From: Caldisphaera sp.
GTDB lineage: Archaea; Thermoproteota; Thermoprotei_A; Sulfolobales; Acidilobaceae
Assembly: GCF_046536515.1 (NCBI RefSeq)
Contig: NZ_JAWDMQ010000001.1
Coordinates: forward strand, 20,659-84,658
Direction: 5' to 3'
DNA length: 64,000 nt
The stretch's first letter is position 1, and the number at the start of each line of letters is the position of its first letter. Made by a program: the position numbers and the translations under genes. Under the pieces are notes generated by a model. That model saw only the letters and a program-made list of their open reading frames with translations, had not been told where the DNA came from and made no database searches. Shown here one piece after another: positions 19,220-28,946 of the stretch.

Positions 19220-20896
19220 GTGGTAGTATTGCACAGCAAAGATGTAATAAATAAGTATGTTTCTGAAGGGTGGTGGGATAATATAACTCTTATAGAAAGA
19301 TTCAAAAGAAATGTACTTAAAAACCCAGAAAGGTTAGCTGTTGTTGATCCGCCTAATAAAAAAGACATAACGGGTTTAGCACCTGAAAGGTTGACATATT
19401 TTGAGCTATACGAAAGAGTAAAAAGAGGGGCTTCATATTTACTTGATCATGGAGTTTTCAAAGACAAAATCGTGTTAGTTCAATTCCCAAATACCATAGA
19501 ACTTGTTTTGGCGTATTTGTCTATTTGGAAGGCTTCTACTATAATTTCTCCTATACCATTGCAATGGAGAAAATATGAAGTAAAGAAAGTATGTAACATA
19601 ATAAAACCTTATACCTATATGTTAATAGAAAGATATAAAGATTTTGATTATCTTTCAATGTCTAAAGAATTAATGGAAAATGAATGCTCAAGTATTAAAA
19701 ATATTATTACTTTATCACAATGGAGTGAAATTACAAAAAATTACAAAATAAGAGATGATATTAATGAAACATACTTAGATGGAAACGATATTGCTACAAT
19801 TGCCTGGACCTCTGGAACTGAAACAGATCCTAAAGCTGCACCATTAACTCATAATAATTGGGGATTCTTAAGATTTTTATACGATGGAAATAGATACCCT
19901 GGAGCTATATTGAATGATGGAGAAGTAATAGCTGTTTCTTCACCTCTTATTAATATGGCAGCCATTGGAGTTGGATTAGTTCCATGGATAATTATATCTG
20001 GCACATTAGTTCTTCACAATCCATTTGACCCTGTAATATTTTATAACCAATTGATAAACGAAGGCGTTACTTTCACATTAATGGTCCCAGCTATAGTAGT
20101 ATCTTTATTAAAGCAGGGTTTATTTAATCAAAGACTGAAATTAAAATACTTGGCTCAAGGTGCAGCTCCGCCACCTCCATGGACATTTGTTGAACTTAAC
20201 AAACTAGGGATTGAGCCAATAAATATATGGGGCCAAAATGAAGGAACTGGACTATTTTCTACAAGAGAAAATATAGAGGACCTTGAAAAAAGATCAAGAG
20301 CCTTTCCATGGCCTCATAAAGGTTTAAAATGGTACCAAGTTTTTAATAATGCTATTGATACTAAAATTGTAGATCCTGCTGGAAATGAGCTAAAAGAGCC
20401 AGGGCAAATAGGAGAGCTATGCTATAAAAGTCCTTTCACTATGGCATCATATTTTAATCAACCTGACTTTACAAAAAAATCATTCGACAATGAAGGATAT
20501 TTTTGCACTGGTGATTATTTCCAAATAATTGATCATAGTACCATATCATTTTACGATAGGAAAAAAGACATAGTTAATAGGGGTGGCTTCAAAATACCAA
20601 GCGCAGAAATAGAAGATCTATTAAAGAAGCATCCAAAAATATTAGATGCTGCCGTAGTTGGATGGCCTGATCCAAGGCTAGGAGAAGTAGTTGCTGCTTT
20701 TGTTGTATTAAAACCTAATGAAGCTTTAGACTTAGAAGAAATCAGAAAGTTCATGGAAGAACAACAAGTGGCTAAATATAAATGGCCCGAAAAATTGATA
20801 ATTATTGATCAAATACCAAGAAATCCCTTGGGAAAAGCTTTAAAAAATATGTTGAGAGATAAAGTTAAAGAATTAAGTGAAAATCAATCTATTTAA
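19220..20896 (+). CDS. AMP-dependent (aryl/cyclic) acid-CoA ligase
   Basis: WTSGTETDPK, GQNEG, YFCTGD, RKKDIVNRGG and IPRNPLGK. N-terminus (YVSEGWW) resembles DhbE/cyclohexanecarboxylate ligases. Confidence 0.85.
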   Translation: MVVLHSKDVINKYVSEGWWDNITLIERFKRNVLKNPERLAVVDPPNKKDITGLAPERLTYFELYERVKRGASYLLDHGVFKDKIVLVQFPNTIELVLAYLSIWKASTIISPIPLQWRKYEVKKVCNIIKPYTYMLIERYKDFDYLSMSKELMENECSSIKNIITLSQWSEITKNYKIRDDINETYLDGNDIATIAWTSGTETDPKAAPLTHNNWGFLRFLYDGNRYPGAILNDGEVIAVSSPLINMAAIGVGLVPWIIISGTLVLHNPFDPVIFYNQLINEGVTFTLMVPAIVVSLLKQGLFNQRLKLKYLAQGAAPPPPWTFVELNKLGIEPINIWGQNEGTGLFSTRENIEDLEKRSRAFPWPHKGLKWYQVFNNAIDTKIVDPAGNELKEPGQIGELCYKSPFTMASYFNQPDFTKKSFDNEGYFCTGDYFQIIDHSTISFYDRKKDIVNRGGFKIPSAEIEDLLKKHPKILDAAVVGWPDPRLGEVVAAFVVLKPNEALDLEEIRKFMEEQQVAKYKWPEKLIIIDQIPRNPLGKALKNMLRDKVKELSENQSI

Positions 20897-20904
20897 TTCC
20901 TAGA

Positions 20905-21090
20905 TTATAAAACCCTAGGAGTTTTTGTTAAAATTTCTAATTTGTTTTGACAAACTAAAACAGTATCTGGATATCTATATCCTCCTAAACCATTTAAATA
21001 CCCGTTCTATGGCTAGAACCATATTCTTCTTAATAATGGTATTAATTTTTTTGAAACACTTGGGAGTTCATGAGTAAGAGTGTGTAGTTT
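20905..21090 (-). pseudogene. Frameshifted C-terminal remnant of an M24 (Xaa-Pro) aminopeptidase
   Basis: Minus strand reads, across two frameshifts, THELPSVSKK / KKNMVLAIE / YLNGLGGYRYPDTVLV...EILTKTPRVL*. This matches the M24B tail HExP...MVxxIEPGIY...GGxRxxDxVLV...ExLT. Confidence 0.6.
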
Positions 21091-21217
21091 ACCTAAAATA
21101 GAATTCTAAACAATATCTTCTTTTATTAAATCTTAATTTAATAAATAATTTTTTAATTTGTCAAAAAAATTTATATATTTATTTATAAAGGAAAATAAAG
21201 GCAAAAAGTGATAAAAA

Positions 21218-21976
21218 ATGAATCCAATGATTTATGCATGGATATTCTGGATATCAGGAAATACAATAAGCACTGCATTTGGAGCATATTTAGTTAGAAA
21301 ATATAGGAATACCTACGGCCTTCCAACACTAATAGTATTATATTCTATTTATTCTGTAGGTGCAAATATTTTAGCATCAAGAATAACAATTTACAACATT
21401 ATAATACCTTTCATAGTCTCGGGAGGTACATTAATATTTCCATTCGCTAGCCAACTTGATGATATGATTAATGAGGTATATGGTAGGAAAAAAGCTTATA
21501 CAGCTATTGCTGTTGCTTTAATAGCAAATATATTAATGGCGACCTTCATTTTAGCTGATGCTATGTTACCAGTTCCTTCTTGGGAAGATGTTGCTAATAA
21601 ATATTGGCTCCAGTTTATGGTAGCTGCTCCAAGAATAATGATAGCATCATACATTGCTTTTGGGGCTGATGAGTTATGGAATGCAACCATTTTTGCTAAG
21701 TTAAAGATAATGGCGTATAAAACCGAAGAGGATTGGAAATCAAATAGAAGAATTATTGCTTTGGTTTTGACTAGAGTTACGACATCTGATATATCAACAA
21801 TGATTATAGATAGCATCATATTTTACCCACTAGCTTTCTTTGGTATTTTAAATTTAAGTGTTGTCCTAAATATGATATGGATGGGCGCTTTAATGAAAAT
21901 TATTTTAGCAATATTTAATTCTCCATGGTATATAGTTTATAGATTGCTAATCAAAAATGTAAAAAGAGATTTTTAA
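21218..21976 (+). CDS. yhhQ: Queuosine/archaeosine precursor (preQ0/preQ1) transporter, YhhQ/Vut_1 family
   Basis: ANILASRI, GGTLIFPFASQLDDMINEVYGRKKA, APRIMIASYIAF and IDSIIFYPLAF. Confidence 0.8.
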   Translation: MNPMIYAWIFWISGNTISTAFGAYLVRKYRNTYGLPTLIVLYSIYSVGANILASRITIYNIIIPFIVSGGTLIFPFASQLDDMINEVYGRKKAYTAIAVALIANILMATFILADAMLPVPSWEDVANKYWLQFMVAAPRIMIASYIAFGADELWNATIFAKLKIMAYKTEEDWKSNRRIIALVLTRVTTSDISTMIIDSIIFYPLAFFGILNLSVVLNMIWMGALMKIILAIFNSPWYIVYRLLIKNVKRDF

Positions 21977-21990
21977 TTTAAAATATATAA

Positions 21991-23859
21991 TTAATATAAT
22001 TTAATAAAATTAAATCCTAGTTTATCGCATGTATGATAATATTTTAATTCTTTTATTGTTTTAGAATAGACGTTTAATGCATTACTATTGTAACTATCTG
22101 ATACCTTCATAAAAGATTTATAGTATTTAACCAAATACCCTGCCATATTAATTGTATTGTTTTGGATTGCTTGAGCAAAGAAATTCTCTTCAAAACCAAT
22201 TCCATTAACCAAGTATACTGCGTTTAATGTCTTAGTAACAACAGCGTTATTACTTGTTAATCCAACTAAAACAGCCCCACCATATTGATTTATTATCTCT
22301 AAAATGCCGCTAAATCCCCCTATAGCATTTAAATTATATTCTAAAGATTCAGTCAAGTTGTATTTTCCATTAATATACATAATTGAATATGAAGGATTCA
22401 TGCTAATAGTTCCGTTTTGCAAATAGGTTGCATTATATGGTATTATATATGGATTTGTAATTGGAGCTACAAAGAAATCATAATAAAAGCTTATAGGATA
22501 ATTTGCATTTATAAGTAATGAGGAATTTAATAAACCTTTTTCATAGGAACTCTCAGAGAATTTTTCATCCAAAAATGCGTATTGATTAAAATATGAAAAC
22601 GTTTGCTTTGCAATAGTTATACCTGATTGAGCAGATGATGCTATTTCTCTTCCATATTTATAATTTAAAATTGATGTATAGTTTATATAATAATTAGATG
22701 CTTCTTGATAATATATGCCTGTAAATCCTGGAATTAATATTGGTTGAGTATCAATTAAATTAGATTTCATATTAATTATTTTTCCAGAAATTAAGGGATT
22801 AGAACTATTTACCCAAAGCATTAATACACCAGATATATCCCATGTGAAATATGGGCTTTGCATCATTTCTTCAGCTAGAATTAAATTGCTTATAGTAACA
22901 GATAATGTTACGTTACTTCCTAATGCTAATAGTGGAGTTAAATCTATATAGTAGGGCATATGGAATGAAAGTGTATTAATAGATGTTAAAGGTTTCCAAT
23001 AGAATAAATTGATTCCTCCAGTATAAATTGTCTCAAATGGATTTAAAATACCAGCTAATTCGTTGTTGTAATAAACTTCTATATTTCTTATCGCTGGTTC
23101 ATTAGCGTACCAAAATTCGTCGTCTTCTCCACCTTCTTCAAATAATAACAACATAGATTTTTCGGTCCCATTGGGTATATTTAATGATTGCATAGCAATA
23201 TCCTTATTAGGTGTTAAAACTGTGTATGAATACCCAAAACTATTAGTAAATAATGGTATGAAATAGTTGGGTAAATTACTTGGTGGACTACCATTATAAA
23301 GATATAGAGTTACGTTTACTAGGTAATAACCAGTTATCCCTATTTTAGGTACAATATAGTTGGGCAGCACTATTTGAAATTCAACTGGCCCAGATAAAAG
23401 TCTTTCAAATAAAGTCAGATCTACTTCCGATGTGGAATTTAGAATTTCTTGTGTTGACCCCCAAAATATTGGAGTACCATTAGCAAATATATAAAATGCC
23501 CTATCATACTGAGTTCCATTATGCTCACTTATTGAAACGTTCATAAGTATTAAGCTGTAGTTTCCTCTTGGTATATTAATTATTTTATTATAAGGTATCA
23601 TTCCACTTTCTCCAAAATATGCGTTCGTTGCTATATTAATGACAGTTGGGGTAACGTTTGGAGGAATAATATTGAAAGCTTCAAATGAATAATAACCGTC
23701 ATTTCCATTCATTCTTTTAATAATTGAAGAAGATATTGTAATGTTTGCAATCCTTTTTCTATATAAATTACTATTAACTTCTGTATGAGCTAAAGGCAAA
23801 ATATTTATCAACAATAAAGGGATTAAAATTATTATAGAATATACTATTATCCTTCTCAT
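21991..23859 (-). CDS. Secreted peptide-N4-asparagine amidase A (PNGase A/At)-like protein
   Basis: Signal peptide; GTQYDRAFYIFANG..IFWGST, EDDEFWY and FETIYTGGINLFYWKP...INT resemble the PNGaseA family. Overlaps the upstream gene by 4 bp. Confidence 0.75.
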   Translation of the reverse strand: MRRIIVYSIIILIPLLLINILPLAHTEVNSNLYRKRIANITISSSIIKRMNGNDGYYSFEAFNIIPPNVTPTVINIATNAYFGESGMIPYNKIINIPRGNYSLILMNVSISEHNGTQYDRAFYIFANGTPIFWGSTQEILNSTSEVDLTLFERLLSGPVEFQIVLPNYIVPKIGITGYYLVNVTLYLYNGSPPSNLPNYFIPLFTNSFGYSYTVLTPNKDIAMQSLNIPNGTEKSMLLLFEEGGEDDEFWYANEPAIRNIEVYYNNELAGILNPFETIYTGGINLFYWKPLTSINTLSFHMPYYIDLTPLLALGSNVTLSVTISNLILAEEMMQSPYFTWDISGVLMLWVNSSNPLISGKIINMKSNLIDTQPILIPGFTGIYYQEASNYYINYTSILNYKYGREIASSAQSGITIAKQTFSYFNQYAFLDEKFSESSYEKGLLNSSLLINANYPISFYYDFFVAPITNPYIIPYNATYLQNGTISMNPSYSIMYINGKYNLTESLEYNLNAIGGFSGILEIINQYGGAVLVGLTSNNAVVTKTLNAVYLVNGIGFEENFFAQAIQNNTINMAGYLVKYYKSFMKVSDSYNSNALNVYSKTIKELKYYHTCDKLGFNFIKLY

Positions 23860-26800
23860 TTTACCATCCTCCTCATAGCTAATGCTATACCTCCTATAAT
23901 TATACCTATAATACCAACTGTCAAGCCTGAAGCACCTACTACATAAGATGTTGAGCCTTTCTTACTGGCTGCAAGTGCCGTTGAATTTACGGAACTTATC
24001 ATTTTTTCTAAGTTATTAACTAGTGTTGTCAAGGTAGAATTGAAATTAGATGATGCTGTGTTAATTTTGTTGTTTAATAATGAAACATTTGATAATATAT
24101 AAGATTGGAGTTGAGATGATGCTGTGTTAATTTTGTTGTTTAATAATGAAACATTTGATAATATATAAGATTGGAGTTGAGATGATGCTGTGTTAATTTC
24201 TTTTGATAAAGTATTTTCTAAATTATCAATAAGCAAGGTTTGGTATAATAAATGATAGTTATTATAAATTTTTACACTAATATTATAAGATAAACCATTA
24301 TTTAAAATAATAGTAACAATGTATGTTCCATCAGGCATAGATGTTGAATTGAACGGAATGGCCAATTCTAACATTCCGTTCGCAATTTTATAGGTGTAAT
24401 TAATGGGTATGCTGTCAAGTAATACTTGTACTGGTGTAAAGTTATTATTTGATAAATTAATATAAACATAATTTATAGCCTGCGTTACATTGATAGGATA
24501 GACAGATACAACCTTTGGTAATGTTACATTAGATAAATGAGTAACATTGTATTCATTTAACCCACTTAAAACAATTTTACTGTTTTCCTGCGAAAATGCG
24601 TATATAAGATTTTCAAATACAGAATTTACTATGTTAGCATTGCTATTAATCAACGAAACACCAACTATTCCAGGACCTATATTATCGTTTAACAAACTTA
24701 TATTAGAATCTTCAGCCATTATTCTATTTATTTGAGATCCGATTATCTTTACTGTTGAATTTGCTATAGTTAAATTGTTTATTACACTATTTTCTATGAG
24801 TAATGATGCATTTTTAATAATCAAACTATTAGAATACACCCCTTCTATACTATTACCAATAACGGTTCCCATAGGTAAAGAAGTATAATTATTTTGGTTA
24901 ATAATTAAAGAGCCTATGAAAGTATAAGGCTCTAGATATATATTATAAGGAGTAGATACTTCATCATTGCCATTAGCAGCTTCTCCTGATACAGTAACTG
25001 ACCATGGACCTGATAATTCCATAGAACTTAAACCTGTAAATATTCCGGGACTGCTTAATGAAGGTAACTGTAATATTCCATACCATTCGTTTAATGATGA
25101 ATTATATTGTAATGGTATTCCAACTGTGAAGCTATAATCTAATAATCCTGAATAGTATTGATCAGGTATCAAAGTTGCAGTAAATGTTCCATATTTAACT
25201 TCTGTTCCGTTTTGATATGTAATATTTGCAAATACTTTTATATATTGTCCTTCATATGCTGTAGAAACCGATTCTATATTAGTATTTAATGTAGAGGGGG
25301 AAACGTAGAATGATTGATTCGCATAACCAAATAATGGACTTATAGCTGTTGATTCGTTAGAAATAAAAACTACATTGTAAAATCCGGAAGTTAAATTGGA
25401 TGGTATTGTGAAAAATCCTGTTTGGAAGCCTGAAGATGTGGGTTGTAATGGAATCTGAGCGACTAAATAATTAGATAAATTATATATGTTTGCATATATA
25501 TTGCTTGTAAACATACCAAGACCAATTGGATCAATTGCTAAAGCAGCAAGAATAACTGTTTCTCCTGGTGAAGCACTTGGCAATCCATCATTTACTGGTG
25601 TTATGACAAAGCTTTCTAGAATTGCCTCTCCAAAATATTCATAAGTATAGACATTTCCTTGCGATGAATTCACCATTAATATATAAGATCCTTGTGGGTC
25701 AGGATAAGGTAGAATCATTTCTCCATAATATATGCCTCCTCCTTCTGAAATTAAAGGTGTACTATAATAAACAACTCCATTTTTAATTAAATATGCATTT
25801 AATGATAAATTGTCGTCAGGATTACCATTTGGCAATGTAGCATATACTTCCACATAAAATGGGTAATTAGCAAACAATGGAGGACCATAAGGATATGGTG
25901 CTGGCGTTGGAGGTGATATTATAGCTAGTCCTACACCTACATCAATATCTGTTGCCCCCATACCCACTAAATTACTATTTGAAGTTCCATTTACTACTAT
26001 TGTCCATATATTTGGAGGCATACCTTGCGTAATGTTTACATTCCCTATCCAATACTGACCATTAAATTCTAATGGTATTTTTTCTAATAAACCGTTAGAT
26101 GTATAGATATATGCATTAAAGTTCCCTGCTGTAACTAAAGAACCATTTTGATAAGTTATATCCGATATTATTTCAAAAGATGTATTATACATATACCATG
26201 GATATTGTGCACCATTTTGATAAGTAGTTACAGATATTTCTAAATGAGCTTCGCTAATAATATTTTCAATTGCTTTAGCTAGCAAACCGGCATTAGGACT
26301 GCCTAATCCTGTTACTAAATTATATCCTGAATTTGCTGAATAATAACCATTATATCCAAAATTTATTTGGTGAAACGCCATATCATATAAAGTTTTATTT
26401 TCATATATTTTATATAATAATGGATTTAGTAATCCTAAACTAGTATTGAGATATCCATCAATATCTGCTGTCACTCCAGCCCATAATGGTGATGCTAGGC
26501 TAGTTCCTCCAATTACTTCTAAACTTCCATCAACTAACTCGACAAAGCCTGTATAGGGATTTGCGTCAGCTGCTACATCTGGAACAGCTCTATAAGTTCC
26601 TGTAACAATTCCTAATTGATACCATGGCTTTGGTATTAATGTGGAATACCCTCCTGTCGAAGCAACTTCACTTGTTCCATAAAGTGGTGAAACCGACCAT
26701 GCATTTTCATATCCATAAGTACCGGTTGAGTTCAAATCAGATAAATAACCTGAAGTTATATTAACAAATAATGAAGTTCCTCCTACTGCTGTTACAAATG

Positions 26801-28061
26801 GTGATGTTGATGGAAATGAAACTCCCCCGTATAGTTCTGGGGTACCTCCGTAAGCGCCCTCATCTCCGCTAGATGCAAAGAACGATATTCCTTCTGCACT
26901 ACCTAATGCAAAATAATAGTCTGCATATGCATAGCCTAAATTAAATTGGGCTTGCACATAATATGGATCTGACGTATAGAAGCCCGTTAAAGCTATCGTA
27001 TTTTCTGATGCACCCCAACTCATTGACACAACGTTTGCCAAATCCAAGCTTACTACATAATCTATCGCCTCATACAATGCATTTGCTGGATTAGATGTTA
27101 CTAACAAGTAAATGTGAGCATATGGAGCCATTGTTTGAGCTGCTTCTACGTCTAAAGCAGTTTCTATATCCCAACCTGTTCCAATTCCAATACTTGGATG
27201 ATAAGGACCTATAGGTATTAAAGTTAAGTTTACTGAGGGAAGCCCAAACATAGAATCAAATTGATATAGATCTTGATAAATTAGTGGATCTCCATAGGCA
27301 TCTATTATAGCTATTGATGATCTATCGCTGTATTTCATTATATTGGTTACATTATATGCCCCTTCAAAGTCTCCAGGGGTGTAATATGTTATTGCACCCG
27401 CCATTTGATCTTTTTTAAAATCATTAAATAGTTTATAACCAGAACTATTTAAAGGAACAAAGTATTTATTTATTATTTTTCCCGATAAGAGATAAGGCGG
27501 TTTAAATTGAGTAAAATTATTTAATCCAAATATTAAGGTATTTGAGAGTATAGATGGTATTTTTGGATTGTTATTAGGAGCGTAATAAATTACACCATTG
27601 TAGCTTTTATAAAGAACTAAATTTGTTTCAAATACCTTCTCTACTAAATAAGCTGGACCTTCAGCCATAATTGAAAATCTATCAGGACTTTGGTAAGTAA
27701 TTATGAATCCTTGCGATTTTAAGTAATCTATTACATTATTAAATTCTTGTAAAGGCGGAGAAAACGTATTTAAGACTTCATTTCTATTTAATGGCTTAAT
27801 TTGTTTGTTTGCCACCTCTTGAGATAAAAATAGTAAATAACTATAATTTTGAGGAGGGAAGAATACTGAAAAACTAATCATTGTATTATCTGGTAATTGA
27901 CCCAAATATGTGCCGTTAAGTGAAGGGCCATAATAATATGTACTGTTATTAGTTGCTTTATTTGATACTGCAAATGTCAAAGGACCAAAAATAGATAGGA
28001 TGAAGACAAATATAAACACAAACGAAGAATATTTAATTAGTTTCTTAAAAGTTTTACCCAC
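23856..28061 (-). CDS. S53 (sedolisin/kumamolisin) serine protease, large, C-terminally membrane-anchored
   Basis: Prodomain; ETALDVE, SSGDEG and GGTSLASP catalytic motifs; long beta-rich extension; coiled-coil stalk and C-terminal TM helix. Confidence 0.9.
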   Translation of the reverse strand: MGKTFKKLIKYSSFVFIFVFILSIFGPLTFAVSNKATNNSTYYYGPSLNGTYLGQLPDNTMISFSVFFPPQNYSYLLFLSQEVANKQIKPLNRNEVLNTFSPPLQEFNNVIDYLKSQGFIITYQSPDRFSIMAEGPAYLVEKVFETNLVLYKSYNGVIYYAPNNNPKIPSILSNTLIFGLNNFTQFKPPYLLSGKIINKYFVPLNSSGYKLFNDFKKDQMAGAITYYTPGDFEGAYNVTNIMKYSDRSSIAIIDAYGDPLIYQDLYQFDSMFGLPSVNLTLIPIGPYHPSIGIGTGWDIETALDVEAAQTMAPYAHIYLLVTSNPANALYEAIDYVVSLDLANVVSMSWGASENTIALTGFYTSDPYYVQAQFNLGYAYADYYFALGSAEGISFFASSGDEGAYGGTPELYGGVSFPSTSPFVTAVGGTSLFVNITSGYLSDLNSTGTYGYENAWSVSPLYGTSEVASTGGYSTLIPKPWYQLGIVTGTYRAVPDVAADANPYTGFVELVDGSLEVIGGTSLASPLWAGVTADIDGYLNTSLGLLNPLLYKIYENKTLYDMAFHQINFGYNGYYSANSGYNLVTGLGSPNAGLLAKAIENIISEAHLEISVTTYQNGAQYPWYMYNTSFEIISDITYQNGSLVTAGNFNAYIYTSNGLLEKIPLEFNGQYWIGNVNITQGMPPNIWTIVVNGTSNSNLVGMGATDIDVGVGLAIISPPTPAPYPYGPPLFANYPFYVEVYATLPNGNPDDNLSLNAYLIKNGVVYYSTPLISEGGGIYYGEMILPYPDPQGSYILMVNSSQGNVYTYEYFGEAILESFVITPVNDGLPSASPGETVILAALAIDPIGLGMFTSNIYANIYNLSNYLVAQIPLQPTSSGFQTGFFTIPSNLTSGFYNVVFISNESTAISPLFGYANQSFYVSPSTLNTNIESVSTAYEGQYIKVFANITYQNGTEVKYGTFTATLIPDQYYSGLLDYSFTVGIPLQYNSSLNEWYGILQLPSLSSPGIFTGLSSMELSGPWSVTVSGEAANGNDEVSTPYNIYLEPYTFIGSLIINQNNYTSLPMGTVIGNSIEGVYSNSLIIKNASLLIENSVINNLTIANSTVKIIGSQINRIMAEDSNISLLNDNIGPGIVGVSLINSNANIVNSVFENLIYAFSQENSKIVLSGLNEYNVTHLSNVTLPKVVSVYPINVTQAINYVYINLSNNNFTPVQVLLDSIPINYTYKIANGMLELAIPFNSTSMPDGTYIVTIILNNGLSYNISVKIYNNYHLLYQTLLIDNLENTLSKEINTASSQLQSYILSNVSLLNNKINTASSQLQSYILSNVSLLNNKINTASSNFNSTLTTLVNNLEKMISSVNSTALAASKKGSTSYVVGASGLTVGIIGIIIGGIALAMRRMVK
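24048..24199. repeat. Exact 66-bp tandem repeat (about 2.3 copies) in the S53 stalk
   Basis: AGATGATGCTGTGTTAATTT... recurs at 24048, 24114 and 24180; encodes INTASSQLQSYILSNVSLLNNK. Confidence 0.95.
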
Positions 28062-28235
28062 AATAGTTCACCAGACGATTTTATTTATATTATTTAAGTT
28101 TAATAAATCTTTCTAATTAACAAGAAATGTTAAATAACAAATTGATCTTTAAAGGACTATCTCAAGCTTAATTTTATACTAATGCAATATTTTTTAAGTC
28201 AAACAAAAGATTATAAATTGGTGAATGAATTGGTA

Positions 28236-28916
28236 ATGAAGTTTATAGAGAGACTTGAGAAATGTAACAAACTATTGCAAATAGCTCTTGATTTCACTGA
28301 TATAAATCCTGCAATTAAAATTGCATCAAGCATTGATAGAAGAGAAAATTTAATCTTAGAAGCAGGAACTCCTCTTATAAAATCTTATGGAATTAATTCT
28401 GTTAAATTATTGCACTCGTTGAAAGGTAATCATCTAGTTTTTGCAGATCTAAAAATTATGGATGTAGGATCTTTGGAGGCTAACCTTGCATTCAGTAATG
28501 GAGCTGATGCTGTATCTGTATCAGCTGCAACTAATATAGAAACGATAAAGGAAACGGTTGAGGAAGCAAATAAATGGGAAGGAGTCGTTTATGGAGATCT
28601 TATTGGAGTTGAAGATATTCAGAAAGGTATTGAAAAACTTAAAAACGCAAAAGTTCATGTAGCTTTACTACATATAGGAATTGACGTTCAAGTTAAAATG
28701 GGTGTTACAGCTGGAAATTATGCTCAATTAATAAAAAAAATAAAGGATAGCTTTGGAGGAATAGTTGCAGTAGCTGGAGGTATCAAGCCTGAAGAAGTAC
28801 CTTTAATTTCATCTGCTGGAGCTGATATAATAATAATAGGAGGAGGTATAACTAAAGCCAAAGATCCTTATGAGGCAACTAATATAGCTATTAAAAACTT
28901 AAATTCAAAATGTTAA
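28236..28916 (+). CDS. hxlA: 3-hexulose-6-phosphate synthase (OMPDC/HUMPS family)
   Basis: LQIALD, LEAGTPLIKSYG, ADLKIMDVG and AVAGGI. Start is probably ATG 28236 (ORF track starts at 28182). Confidence 0.8.
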   Translation: MKFIERLEKCNKLLQIALDFTDINPAIKIASSIDRRENLILEAGTPLIKSYGINSVKLLHSLKGNHLVFADLKIMDVGSLEANLAFSNGADAVSVSAATNIETIKETVEEANKWEGVVYGDLIGVEDIQKGIEKLKNAKVHVALLHIGIDVQVKMGVTAGNYAQLIKKIKDSFGGIVAVAGGIKPEEVPLISSAGADIIIIGGGITKAKDPYEATNIAIKNLNSKC

Positions 28917-28946
28917 ATTATTTAAAACTTTACAATAAAGTTTATA

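Noticed and set aside
21090-21217. preQ1 riboswitch upstream of yhhQ
   Set aside because: The region is AT-rich promoter sequence plus the M24 remnant; no preQ1 stem/A-rich tail architecture was recognisable.
24048-24199. CRISPR-like array (also considered for 38135-38199 and 59659-59750)
   Set aside because: The repeats are either tandem without unique spacers, in-frame coding, or only two copies. No cas genes are in the window.
28236-28916. Methylotrophy inferred from hexulose-phosphate synthase
   Set aside because: In archaea HPS normally serves the reverse RuMP route to pentoses, and no C1-oxidation genes are nearby.
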